Of a DNA stretch of 64,000 nucleotides, positions 50,143-59,807 are shown in pieces. The DNA lies in the NCBI GenBank assembly GCA_905215205.1, contig CAJMPK010000001.1, forward strand, positions 16,407 to 80,406, given 5' to 3'. This DNA is from an uncultured bacterium. GTDB taxonomy: Bacteria > Actinomycetota > Coriobacteriia > Coriobacteriales > Coriobacteriaceae. Numbering within the stretch: position 1 is the stretch's first letter; every line of letters begins with the position of its first letter. The notes below the pieces were generated by a model. The model searched no databases, was not told the origin of the DNA, and saw only the letters and a program-made list of their open reading frames with translations. Both the position numbers and the translations under genes were made by a program.

Positions 50143-51498
50143 TTAGCAGACACCCTGGGCGAGCATGGCGTCGGCGACCTTCAGGAAGCCGGCGATGTTG
50201 GCGCCCATGACGAAGTTGCCCTCCTGGCCATACTCCTTGGCGGTGTCGTCCACGTTGTGGAACATGCCGCGCATGAGCTGCTCGAGCTTGCCGTCGACCT
50301 CCTCGAAGGTCCAGGACAGGTGCTCGGCATTCTGGCTCATCTCCAGGCCGGACACGAGCACGCCGCCGGCGTTGGCAGCCTTACCGGGCATAAAGGCGAC
50401 GCCGTTCTCCTGGAAATAGGTCGTGGCCTCGATGGTCGTGGGCATGTTCGCGCCCTCGCCGACCACCTTGCAGCCGTTGGCGACGAGCGCCTGGGCGTCC
50501 TCGAGCAGCAGCGTGTTCTCGCGAGCACAGGGCAGCGCGATGTCACAGGGCAGCTGCCACACGCCGCGGCCGTCGCCCTCGTGCCACACGGCGTTGGGCT
50601 TCTCGTCAACGTACATAGCGAGCGTAACGCCCTTGTCGTGGCCGGAGCGCTTCTTGTTGTAGACGTGCTCGAGCACGGTGTAGTCGATGCCGTCGGGATC
50701 CTCGACCCAGCCGTGGGTATCAGAGCAGGCGAGCACCTTGCCGCCGAGCTGGGAGACCTTCTGGACCGCGTAGATAGCGACGTTACCGGAGCCGTGAACG
50801 ACGACGTTCTTGCCCTCGAAGGAGTCACCGCGGCTCTTGAGGTACTCGTCCACAAAGTAGGCCAGGCCGTAGCCGGTGGCCTCGGTACGGGCGAGCGAGC
50901 CGCCAAAGGAGAGGCCCTTGCCGGTGAGGACGCCGGTCCACTCGTTGGTCAGGCGCTTGTACTGACCGAACAGGTAGGCAACCTCGCGGCCGCCAACGCC
51001 CAGGTCGCCGGCGGGAACGTCGGTGTTGGGGCCGATGTGGCGATAGAGCTCGGTCATGAAGGACTGGCAGAAGTGCATGATCTCGTTGTTGGACTTGCCC
51101 TTGGGGTCAAAGTCGGAGCCGCCCTTACCGCCGCCCATGGGAAGGGTGGTCAAGCTGTTCTTGAGGATCTGCTCCAGACCCAGGAACTTGAGCATACCCA
51201 GGGTGACCGTCGGGTTAAAGCGCAGGCCGCCCTTGTAGGGTCCAATGGCAGAGTTGAACTCGACGCGATAGCCGCGGTTGACCTGAACCTTGCCCTGGTC
51301 GTCGACCCAGGGAACACGGAACATGACGATGCGCTCGGGCTCGACGAGGCGCTCCAGCAGGGCGGCCTCCTCGTACTCGGGGTGGGCGTCGAGTGCCGGC
51401 TGGATGGTGCCGAGGATCTCGGTCGCGGCCTGGATGAACTCAGGCTGCTCGGGATAGCGGGCCTTGAGCTCTTCGAGAACTTTCTGCGTGTAGCTCAT
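50143..51498 (-). CDS. gdhA: NADP-specific glutamate dehydrogenase
   Basis: GPYKGGLRF, MGGGKGG, DVPAGD, RTEATGYG, EGANMP. Confidence 0.96.
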   Translation of the reverse strand: MSYTQKVLEELKARYPEQPEFIQAATEILGTIQPALDAHPEYEEAALLERLVEPERIVMFRVPWVDDQGKVQVNRGYRVEFNSAIGPYKGGLRFNPTVTLGMLKFLGLEQILKNSLTTLPMGGGKGGSDFDPKGKSNNEIMHFCQSFMTELYRHIGPNTDVPAGDLGVGGREVAYLFGQYKRLTNEWTGVLTGKGLSFGGSLARTEATGYGLAYFVDEYLKSRGDSFEGKNVVVHGSGNVAIYAVQKVSQLGGKVLACSDTHGWVEDPDGIDYTVLEHVYNKKRSGHDKGVTLAMYVDEKPNAVWHEGDGRGVWQLPCDIALPCARENTLLLEDAQALVANGCKVVGEGANMPTTIEATTYFQENGVAFMPGKAANAGGVLVSGLEMSQNAEHLSWTFEEVDGKLEQLMRGMFHNVDDTAKEYGQEGNFVMGANIAGFLKVADAMLAQGVC

Positions 51499-51755
51499 AC
51501 TTCCTCCAATGATGGGAAACGAAAAGTGTCGGTCGCGGCACCCTATGCGCCGCGAACTTTATCGAGTATGGATAATATCGCACTGTTGCAGCAAAGTTTC
51601 GCATAAGCCGACGAGCAGATGTTTCATTTTGATTACGATGCAGGTAGAAGCGTTTTTGAGTGTCTGACGCGCAAAACCCGTGTTTCAAACCTGTTTCGTC
51701 CACGTGTTCCAAACCACCACATTGGGGACAGGCACCTTTGTGGTGGTTTTGGTGA

Positions 51756-52166
51756 TTAGAGGACGAGCTGGTGGTAGTCGGCGGGGGTTACGCGGCCCTC
51801 GGTGGCGGCGCGGAAGGCGGCGAGGGCATCGCCCGAGAACGGCATGGCCCAGCACAGCCCGCAGCCGGCTGTGATGGAGCCGGGCAGCGGCATGATGCGC
51901 CCGGGCACACCGGCGGCAAGACACAGCTGTTCGCATTCCATCACATCGAAGGTGCTGTCAAACGATACGATAATCTTGCGCTCGTGATCAGGGGCATCGC
52001 CAAACGAGGCCTCGCGGTGCGACTCGCGATACGCAGCCGCCGCTGCCTCTTCCTCGGCCGTATGTCCACAGCCGCCACAGCCGCAGGTGCAAAACTCGGA
52101 CCCATCGCAAGTGCAAGGTTCCCCAGTATCGGGGCAAATATCATGTGACACGGCATCTCCCGTCAT
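51756..52166 (-). CDS. DUF3343-like putative Se/S carrier with Cys-rich N-terminus
   Basis: IMPLPGSITAGCGL motif; lies downstream of mobA and the sel genes. Confidence 0.65.
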   Translation of the reverse strand: MTGDAVSHDICPDTGEPCTCDGSEFCTCGCGGCGHTAEEEAAAAAYRESHREASFGDAPDHERKIIVSFDSTFDVMECEQLCLAAGVPGRIMPLPGSITAGCGLCWAMPFSGDALAAFRAATEGRVTPADYHQLVL

Positions 52167-52180
52167 TGATGTGTGCAGAT

Positions 52181-52813
52181 CTAGGCGAGCAGCTCGGCTG
52201 CCGCAAACTCCTCGGGCGTATTGACGTTTTCGAAGCAGAGTGTCGAGCCTGCGACCGCGACAATCTGAGACTCGTCCAAATACCCGGCGTTCACCCGGTC
52301 GATCAGGCAGCGAATGCGCTGACGGTCACCGGCGAGCAGTTCTTGGGCAACCGGCGCACACGCGTCACGGCGCCAGACGGCACAAAGCGGCTCAATCCCC
52401 CGCTCCTCGCGCGGCACGCACACGTCGAGCGCCTCGGCCTCAACACGATCGGCAAGCGCGCCGATGAGTTCCGACGAGACAAACGGCATATCACAGGCGA
52501 CGATAGCCGCGAGAGGAAGCCGAGCCGCAGCCAGCGAGCTCGCGATGCCGCGCATGGCGCCCGCCGACCCCTCAAGGTCCGGCACTATTCGCGGCACCAG
52601 GCCGCCAAACGCGCGCTCCTCAAGATAGGCAAGCTCACTGGGACGCGAAGTCGTCACGACCAACTCGCCGGCAACTGGCGCCAGCCGACCCAGCACGCGC
52701 TCGATAAGCGGTTCGCCGCAAAACGACATGCGCGCCTTATCGCAGCCCATGCGTGAGGACAGCCCGCCCGCTTGGACGACGCAAGAAAGATCGGCCCGTC
52801 TTACGGTAGTCAT
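52181..52813 (-). CDS. mobA: Molybdenum cofactor guanylyltransferase
   Basis: AGGLSSRMGCDKA, ACDMPF, EPLCAVW, FENVNTPEE; start ATG 52813. Confidence 0.92.
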   Translation of the reverse strand: MTTVRRADLSCVVQAGGLSSRMGCDKARMSFCGEPLIERVLGRLAPVAGELVVTTSRPSELAYLEERAFGGLVPRIVPDLEGSAGAMRGIASSLAAARLPLAAIVACDMPFVSSELIGALADRVEAEALDVCVPREERGIEPLCAVWRRDACAPVAQELLAGDRQRIRCLIDRVNAGYLDESQIVAVAGSTLCFENVNTPEEFAAAELLA

Positions 52814-52968
52814 ACGGCAAAACACCTCCATCGGCACGTTCAAAGCCCAACGCACGGGACCAATTACCGTAGGCAACAAGGCAGACGACACGGCAAACCC
52901 ATGCAAAAACAAAACAGCGCCTTTGCGGCACGCAGCAAGACCGCGAGCACAAAAGCGCTGGTAGCGTA

Positions 52969-53065
52969 TGGCGGGAACGTATGTGAATCGAACACATCCA
53001 AGACGTTTTGCACGCCTCGCAACGGTTTTGAGGACCGCGGAGCCCACCGGAGCCCATCCGTTCCC
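52969..53065 (-). tRNA. selC: tRNA-Sec (anticodon TCA), atypical
   Basis: 97 nt: 6-bp D stem with CGGT loop, GCGGT-CCTCAAA-ACCGT anticodon arm, long variable arm, TTCGATT T loop, G discriminator plus CCA; just downstream of selB. Confidence 0.92.
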
Positions 53066-53122
53066 AAGTGCGGCGGTATTTTACCAAACCGAAACGGCTC
53101 CATCCCAAAAAGACGAACAAGA

Positions 53123-53189
53123 AGTTGCGGTGGAATAGTTCCTGTATTTGCTGCCAAAGCCTCCAAATAGGAACTATTTCACCGCAACT
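53123..53189. repeat. 67-bp palindromic element, copy 3
   Basis: Same 20-bp arms as copies 1 and 2 with a different 27-bp spacer. Confidence 0.9.
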
Positions 53190-53214
53190 AAGGAGGCGGG
53201 GGCGGGTGACCGGC

Positions 53215-55182
53215 CTAGCGCAGGGAGCGCAGGCCGCCGGCGTCTTTGTCGAGCACCGTAAAGCGCACGGCATCCAGATGCTCCAAGATGCTGATGGCAC
53301 GCTTGCGCGACACACCCAGAGCCTCGCGCAGTACGCTCGTGGTGGCAGCGCCGCCGGCTACCTCAATGGCGGCGGCGACGAGCTCGCGCGCATGGGCCTC
53401 GGCGGCAGCGGACAAGGCAACGTCGCGCTCGACCTTCACGATGGAACGGTTGAGCGAAAGCTCGCGCAGGGCACGCGTCATGGTGTCGCGGCCGAGCTGC
53501 AGCTGTTCGCCCACCTCGGGAAGCGCCGGTGCATCCAGGCCGGCCTCGTCAAGCAGCGCGACGATCCGTTCGCAAGCCTCTCGCACCACGCGTGCCGCTG
53601 CGGCGGCCGAATGCGGATCGAATACCTCGGCGCCCTCGGTGGCGCACACGCCACGCGAGCAGCCCTCGGCAATCAGAGCCGCGTCAACGGCTTCATCCGC
53701 AGCGGGCCAAGCGGCATGGGCGACCGCGCCGGGCGTAAAGCCCGTCTCCTTAGGAGCCGCCGCGTGCATGGCTGACAGGGTCGCCGCCAGTGCACCCATC
53801 GCGGCGTCGAGCACGGCGGCATTCACATACAGCGCATCGCCCGAGCCAGCAAGCTCGCAAACAACACCTCGCGCCACCAACTCGTTCAGCGCGGCATCGG
53901 CTACACCGGAAACAAGATCTAGCGCTGCGGCAACGTCGGCAGCCACGACCGGCAGCGCCTGCAGCGCCAGCCATGCCTCAACACCAGCGACGGCATCGCC
54001 GGCCTCAAGTGCCGCAAGCAGCGCGCGCTCCCCCGCCGAAAGCTCGCGCGAGCGACGGCAGCGCGAAAGCAGCACGCGCCCACCGCCAATAAGCATCACG
54101 GGCGAATACGACAGCACCACGGCATGGTCTCCGGCTCGCAGCGGCAGCGGCTCCTCCAAGCGCACCTGTACGGTACGGGTCTCGCCAACCGCCATGGGGG
54201 CCTCGCCCTCCATGAACATGATGCGGCCGACAACCTCGGCCGTACCCGCCATCACGTGCACACGCGCACCCGACTCAAGCACGCGCGGCTTGGCGCCCTC
54301 GCGACCCAAATACGTAAACGCCATCATAAAGCGCATCGTCTGGCCAAAGCGGCCCGCTACGCCCAGCATCTCGCCACGGTCAAGCGCCGTGACACCGTCA
54401 CCAGCCAGGTTGAGCGCCACGCGTTGCCCAGGCAGCGCGCGCGGCGTATCGCCATGCACCTGAATCCCGCGCACACGACAGACCGTACGCGACGGCAAAG
54501 CCGTCAGCTCGTCGCCCACCGCAACCGGCGCATCGTGCAACGTTCCCGTCACTACGGTACCGACGCCCTTGATCGTAAAGCAGCGGTCAATCGGCAGGCG
54601 AGGCGCGGCATCGGTGAGCTCGGCACGGGCGCGGCAGGCATCCCAACAAGCGGCAACCTGCTCGTCGAGCGCAGCCAGCAGCCCGTCGATCCCCGCGCCG
54701 GTCTTAGACGAGACGGGCACAATGGGCGCGCCCGCAAACACGGTACCCGACAAAAAGTCATCGACATCGAGCTCGGCAAGCTCGGTCATCTCGGCATCGG
54801 CCAGGTCACACATCGTCAGCGCCACCACCATATGCGTGACGCCCAGCAGCTCCAACACGTGCACGTGCTCGCGCGTCTGCGGCATTACGCCCTCGACGGC
54901 AGAGACCACCAGCACGGCAACGTCGATGCCTGTCGCACCCTGCACCATGGCGCGCAGGTAGTGGGCATGCCCCGGCACGTCGACCAGGCCGACGATCTTG
55001 CCGCTCGGCAGTGCCAGCTCGCCAAAGCCCAGCTCCACCGTCATGCCGCGACGACGCTCGACCTCCAGGCGATCGGGATTTTTGCCGGTCAGCGCCTCGA
55101 TCAGCGCCGACTTACCGTGGTCGACGTGGCCCGCCGTGCCAACGATAACGGGACACTCCACCAGCGCCTGAACCTCACTCAT
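53215..55182 (-). CDS. selB: Selenocysteine-specific elongation factor
   Basis: GTAGHVDHGKS, DVPGH, IDRCFTIKGVGTVVTGT and C-terminal GVSRKRAISILEHLD winged helix. Confidence 0.96.
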   Translation of the reverse strand: MSEVQALVECPVIVGTAGHVDHGKSALIEALTGKNPDRLEVERRRGMTVELGFGELALPSGKIVGLVDVPGHAHYLRAMVQGATGIDVAVLVVSAVEGVMPQTREHVHVLELLGVTHMVVALTMCDLADAEMTELAELDVDDFLSGTVFAGAPIVPVSSKTGAGIDGLLAALDEQVAACWDACRARAELTDAAPRLPIDRCFTIKGVGTVVTGTLHDAPVAVGDELTALPSRTVCRVRGIQVHGDTPRALPGQRVALNLAGDGVTALDRGEMLGVAGRFGQTMRFMMAFTYLGREGAKPRVLESGARVHVMAGTAEVVGRIMFMEGEAPMAVGETRTVQVRLEEPLPLRAGDHAVVLSYSPVMLIGGGRVLLSRCRRSRELSAGERALLAALEAGDAVAGVEAWLALQALPVVAADVAAALDLVSGVADAALNELVARGVVCELAGSGDALYVNAAVLDAAMGALAATLSAMHAAAPKETGFTPGAVAHAAWPAADEAVDAALIAEGCSRGVCATEGAEVFDPHSAAAAARVVREACERIVALLDEAGLDAPALPEVGEQLQLGRDTMTRALRELSLNRSIVKVERDVALSAAAEAHARELVAAAIEVAGGAATTSVLREALGVSRKRAISILEHLDAVRFTVLDKDAGGLRSLR

Positions 55183-56636
55183 CGTGCAACCGCCTTCTTA
55201 ACGCACGCGACGAGCGTCGATGCCGCCGTCTCGATATCGCGGTCACCCACGAGCGTGCGCACATCAAACAGGACGCGATCGTGCGAGGCGCGCGTGACGA
55301 CCGGCGTGTCGAAATCCTGGACGAGCGAGCGCTTGAGCGCGTCGACAGAAAGACGCTCATCAACGAGGCGCACGGCAACGCACATGGTGGGCAGCTCGAC
55401 GGTAGGCAGCGAGCCGCCGCCGGGAGTCGACGACTCCTCGACGATTTCCACCTGCACGGCACACGGGCAGCCAGCCTTATCGAGGCCTGCCACCATCAAC
55501 TCGCTCAGCTTGCGTGCGCGACGCTCCAGATGAGCCTGCGGAAGCGTAAGCATGCTGAGCACCGGCACCTCACGATGGGCAACATCGGCGCCGTCCATGT
55601 AGATACGCAGCGTGGCCTCGAGCGCCGACAGAGCCAGTTTGCCCGGGCGCAGGGCACGCATAAGCGGATGTGACCCGCAGGCCTGGACCAGATCGCGACG
55701 GCCCATGATAATGCCCGCCTGCGCGGCACCCAGCAGCTTATCACCCGAGCACGACACCAGATCGAGCCCTGCCGAAACCGAAGCCGGCGTGGTTTCTTCG
55801 CCGCCGCGCACCAAGATGTCGTCGGGCAACAGCGCGCCCGAGCCCTGGTCCTCGTAGAACAGCAGGCCATGCTTGTGGGCCAGGGTGGCAAGCTCCCGAG
55901 AGCCCACCTCCTCGTGAAAGCCCTCGATGCGATAGTTGGAAGGATGAACCTTGAGGATCATGGCCGTATCGGGCGTGATGGCGCGCTCGTAGTCGCCCAG
56001 GTGCGTGCGGTTGGTGGCGCCGACCTCGACGAGTTTGGCGCCCGAAGCCGCCATGACATCGGGGATGCGGAAGCTGCCGCCGATCTCGACAAGCTCGCCG
56101 CGGCTGACGATGACCTCTTTGCCTGCGGCATGGGTCGCCAGCACCAGCAGCACCGCGGCGGCGTTGTTGTTGACCACAAGCGCGTCCTCGGCACCGGTGA
56201 GCGAGCGGATCAGTTGCGCGGCGTGCTCCTTGCGCGACCCGCGCGAACAGGTGTCCACACTGTACTCGAGCGTGCTGTAGCCGCGCGCGACCTCGGCCAC
56301 GGCCTTTGCCGCCGACTCCGCGAGCGGGGCTCGACCCAGGTTGGTATGGATGACCACACCCGTGGCATTAACTGCTGGGCGCAGGCTCGGCAGCGCGGAG
56401 CGGTGCGCACGCCACTCGATGGCCGAAGCCAGGTCGCGCTTAGAGCGCGGGGCGGCGCCGGCGCGAATGGCGGCGCGCTCCTCGTCGAGCTCGGCCGTGA
56501 CGGCGGCATGCACCACCGCGTCGCAGGTCTCCCCCGCCGCTTTCACAACAGGCCACTCTGCGAGCAGCTCGTTGACGGAAGGAATGGCGCGCAGGCGGGC
56601 GCGTACCTCATCGGACATGTTCTGGCTATCGCTCAT
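55179..56636 (-). CDS. selA: L-seryl-tRNA(Sec) selenium transferase
   Basis: NATGVVIHTNLGRA, NNNAAAV, SRGELVEIGGSFR, SGDKLLG. Confidence 0.97.
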   Translation of the reverse strand: MSDSQNMSDEVRARLRAIPSVNELLAEWPVVKAAGETCDAVVHAAVTAELDEERAAIRAGAAPRSKRDLASAIEWRAHRSALPSLRPAVNATGVVIHTNLGRAPLAESAAKAVAEVARGYSTLEYSVDTCSRGSRKEHAAQLIRSLTGAEDALVVNNNAAAVLLVLATHAAGKEVIVSRGELVEIGGSFRIPDVMAASGAKLVEVGATNRTHLGDYERAITPDTAMILKVHPSNYRIEGFHEEVGSRELATLAHKHGLLFYEDQGSGALLPDDILVRGGEETTPASVSAGLDLVSCSGDKLLGAAQAGIIMGRRDLVQACGSHPLMRALRPGKLALSALEATLRIYMDGADVAHREVPVLSMLTLPQAHLERRARKLSELMVAGLDKAGCPCAVQVEIVEESSTPGGGSLPTVELPTMCVAVRLVDERLSVDALKRSLVQDFDTPVVTRASHDRVLFDVRTLVGDRDIETAASTLVACVKKAVAR

Positions 56637-56688
56637 GTGCAGCCTTTCAAAAGAAACGTGGATCAGTCGAATACATCAGCTGAGTCAA

Positions 56689-58806
56689 TTACTCGTCATT
56701 ATCCCCGCGCGCGACAATCTTTTCCACGCGAACGGCGTTTTCCTGGGTGAGCGCGGCGCCCGTCAACGGGTCCCAACGCAGCGGCGTGTGGTCGAGCGGC
56801 CCGACGCCCAGGGCCTGCCGGCCACCACCCTCAGCACCCAATGCGCGTCCGCCGGGGGCGGCCGACGTAAAGATGCACGCCGGATGCAGATAGGGCGTCG
56901 TCTCTACGCGCACGCGATCGCGGCCCATGTCGCTCACAAGCTCGACGACCTCGCCATCGGCGATACCCATGCGAGCGGCGGCATCGGCATTCATCTGCAC
57001 GGCATCCAAGTCCGACCCCGCCTCGGCGGCACCTTGGGCCGCAAGCCTTCGCGAGGTATGCGACTCAAAGGGACGGTTGCCGCTAATGAGGCGAAACATC
57101 CCCGGGCCGGGCTCCACCATGGGAGCGATCCAGTCGGGTAAACGACCCAGACCGGCTCGCTCCCATACGTCGCTTGCCAGCGCAATTTTGCCGCCATCCA
57201 AGGGAATCGCCGGCTCGCCCGTACGCGACGGCAACGCAACACCCGTGTCGGCCCAGCCGCGCTCCTTGAGCTCGTCCAGATTGATCCCAAAAGGCGCCAC
57301 CTGGGCAGCCGCCAGATCGTCGGACGTAAACCGAAAGTACTCACCCACGCCATACACCTGCGCCAGACCGGCAAAAATCTCCCGACCGGGACGTGTGTCG
57401 TCATGCTGCACGGGCAGCACGGCGTTGCGGTAGAACGCGCGCGCGTCGTTGCGGCCCACGACCGTGCCCACGCCGCGGTCGGCCTCCAGATACGTCACAT
57501 CGGGCAGCACGAAGTCGGAAGCGCGCGCTGTCTCGGACCAGCGAATATCAATCGTCACGAGCAAGTCGAGCTGCTGCAAGATGCCCAACCAAGCCTGCGC
57601 ATTGCCATAGCCCGCACCGGGGTTACTGGCATAGACGATGAGCCCACGCAAATCGCCGGCAAGAATCGACTGACCGATGGTCGTGCACAGGCCGCGCACC
57701 GGATCGACCAGTGGATAGCGTTCGGACCCCAACTTAGGCTCACGCGGCACTGACGGCGTCGCAAAACGCACAGGGTCCAAGTCGCCCAGTACAAGCGGCG
57801 TGGGCGGATTGAGCGCGCCGCCTGCGTGTCCGATGCAGCCCAGCAGCACATCAACCATGCAGATAGCTCGCGCGGTCTGCGTACTGTTAGCATACGCGAT
57901 GCCGATACCGCCATGAAAGCCGGCGTCCACCACGGCAGCAGGCGCCGCGGCAGCTAGATCGCGCGCCGTGGCGGCGATCTCTGCGGCCGGCACGTCGCAC
58001 ATCGACTCGGCCCACTCGGGCGTCCAAGCACGGGCCGCCTGCGCCAGCTCGTCAAAACCCGTGGTGTAGCGGTCCACGAACTCGTGGTCATACAGGCCCT
58101 CGGCAATGAGCACATGTGCAATGCCCAGCAGCAAGGCCAGGTCGCAGCCCGGGCGCACGCGCAGCCAGCGGTCGGCAAGCGCAGCCGAGCCACTGCGCCG
58201 GGGGTCGACCACGATAATCTTCGCCCCACGGCGACGGGCATCGTTGAGTGCATCAACGGCCCCCATCGTCGACGAATCGACGATGGAACGCCCCAGGTAC
58301 ATGATGCAATCGGTATGCGCCAGGTCGGAGGCGGGGCTGTAGCCCAGGCTGTGCTCCCAACCGGTGAGACGGCTCACCTCGCAGGCGCCGTCGGCACCGT
58401 ACACGTTGGGTGAGCCCAGCGCATGCATAAAGCGATACGCCCAGTAACGGTCGAACGAGGGCACGCCGAGCGTCATGCCCAGCGCGCGCGGACCATGTCC
58501 GTCAACAATCCCCCAAAGGCGCGCTGCAATCTGCGCGAACGCCTCGTCCCACGAAATCACATCGAACCCCGAGCCATCAGCTCGTCGGCGCATGGGGTGC
58601 ACAATGCGATCGCGCTCGTCAAACGGCATGTCCAGGCGATGCCGTCCGCGGGCGCACAGGGCACGCGCCGCGCACGGATGACCCGGCACCGGCAGCTCGG
58701 CCACCACACGCCCATCCTCAACATGGGCCGCAAAGGCGCAATCGGCATAGCATCCCCCGCATGTGGTCACCACGGAGCGACCGTCACGCTTCACAGCAGA
58801 TGCCAT
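56689..58806 (-). CDS. Mo/W-bisPGD oxidoreductase catalytic subunit (DMSO reductase superfamily, Psr/Phs-like), no Tat signal
   Basis: CGGCYADC...LCARG 4Fe-4S motif, ISWDEA, VVDPRRS, RPGCDLAL, SDFVLP. Confidence 0.85.
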   Translation of the reverse strand: MASAVKRDGRSVVTTCGGCYADCAFAAHVEDGRVVAELPVPGHPCAARALCARGRHRLDMPFDERDRIVHPMRRRADGSGFDVISWDEAFAQIAARLWGIVDGHGPRALGMTLGVPSFDRYWAYRFMHALGSPNVYGADGACEVSRLTGWEHSLGYSPASDLAHTDCIMYLGRSIVDSSTMGAVDALNDARRRGAKIIVVDPRRSGSAALADRWLRVRPGCDLALLLGIAHVLIAEGLYDHEFVDRYTTGFDELAQAARAWTPEWAESMCDVPAAEIAATARDLAAAAPAAVVDAGFHGGIGIAYANSTQTARAICMVDVLLGCIGHAGGALNPPTPLVLGDLDPVRFATPSVPREPKLGSERYPLVDPVRGLCTTIGQSILAGDLRGLIVYASNPGAGYGNAQAWLGILQQLDLLVTIDIRWSETARASDFVLPDVTYLEADRGVGTVVGRNDARAFYRNAVLPVQHDDTRPGREIFAGLAQVYGVGEYFRFTSDDLAAAQVAPFGINLDELKERGWADTGVALPSRTGEPAIPLDGGKIALASDVWERAGLGRLPDWIAPMVEPGPGMFRLISGNRPFESHTSRRLAAQGAAEAGSDLDAVQMNADAAARMGIADGEVVELVSDMGRDRVRVETTPYLHPACIFTSAAPGGRALGAEGGGRQALGVGPLDHTPLRWDPLTGAALTQENAVRVEKIVARGDNDE

Positions 58807-58870
58807 CTCGATTACCCCTTTCATCAGCCAAACACAACAGGCCAAAAGCCCGGCAACGAACCCCAGACCC

Positions 58871-58906
58871 AAAAAGCCTCCCGCACGGCAATGCCCCGCG
58901 GGAGGC
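58871..58906 (-). terminator. Terminator after the FNT gene
   Basis: Minus strand GCCTCCCGC...GCGGGAGGC followed by T5. Confidence 0.7.
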
Positions 58907-58928
58907 CCAACGTCAAACAGACGATACC

Positions 58929-59768
58929 TTACGCCTCGGACTTCTTGGCGTAGATAAACCAGTAGCCGAGCGCGACCAGAACCGCGCCGCCCACGATGTT
59001 GCCCAGCGTGGCGGCGGACAGGTTAAACGCAATGCCCGCAGCGTTGAGCGCATCAGCGCCGGCGACGTCGGCACCGTAACCGCATGCATGCATCACGGCG
59101 CCCATGGGCAAAAAGTACATGTTGGCGACGCAGTGCTCAAAACCGCAGGCCACAAAGGCGGCGATGGGCAGCAGAATGCCCACGACCTTATCGACCACGG
59201 TCTTGCCGGCGGTACCGATCCACACGGCAAGGCACACAAAGATGTTGCACAGGATGCCGCGGAAGAAGATCGTCACCCAGTCGATCGTCACCTTGCCGGC
59301 GGCGACGCTCACCATGGAGTTGGCGACCGCCTCGCCGTTGAGCTTATAGATGCCGGCCATGTACACCAAAAAGACGATGAACAGGGCACCGACAAAATTG
59401 CCGACCCATACGACAACCCAGGCCTTGAGCATCTGGACCAGGGTGATCTTTTTGCTCTTGAGCGCGCAGACCATAAGCGAATTGCCGGTAAACAGCTCGG
59501 CGCCGCACACCAGCACGAGCACCAGGCCCAGGCAAAAGCACAGACCGCCCACGACACGCTGGGCACCCCAGCCCAGCGTGCTGTCGCTCAAAAACACCGT
59601 AAAGAACAGGCCGCCGAAGGCAATAAACGCACCGGCGAACATTGCCAACAGAAAGGCCTTTGCGACCGGCAGGTTGGCCTTGGTCACGCCGGCGGCCTCG
59701 GTCTTGGCCTCGATCGCAGCGGGCGCCAGGCAATCGGGAGCGGGGTACTCCACCTTGGAATCTGCCAT
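58929..59768 (-). CDS. Formate/nitrite transporter (FocA/FdhC family)
   Basis: GAELFTGN, GILCNIFVCLA, GFEHCVANM, TLGNIVGG. Confidence 0.95.
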   Translation of the reverse strand: MADSKVEYPAPDCLAPAAIEAKTEAAGVTKANLPVAKAFLLAMFAGAFIAFGGLFFTVFLSDSTLGWGAQRVVGGLCFCLGLVLVLVCGAELFTGNSLMVCALKSKKITLVQMLKAWVVVWVGNFVGALFIVFLVYMAGIYKLNGEAVANSMVSVAAGKVTIDWVTIFFRGILCNIFVCLAVWIGTAGKTVVDKVVGILLPIAAFVACGFEHCVANMYFLPMGAVMHACGYGADVAGADALNAAGIAFNLSAATLGNIVGGAVLVALGYWFIYAKKSEA

Positions 59769-59807
59769 GTCAATCACTTCTTTCCTAATCAGCAGGGACA
59801 AGCGCTC

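Noticed and set aside
52814..53047. N-terminal extension of mobA in the ORF track
   Set aside because: It overlaps tRNA-Sec; MobA homology begins at ATG 52813.
56689..58806. Selenocysteine formate dehydrogenase FdhF
   Set aside because: No in-frame TGA and no [U/C]H active-site pair; I found no selenoprotein gene in this window.
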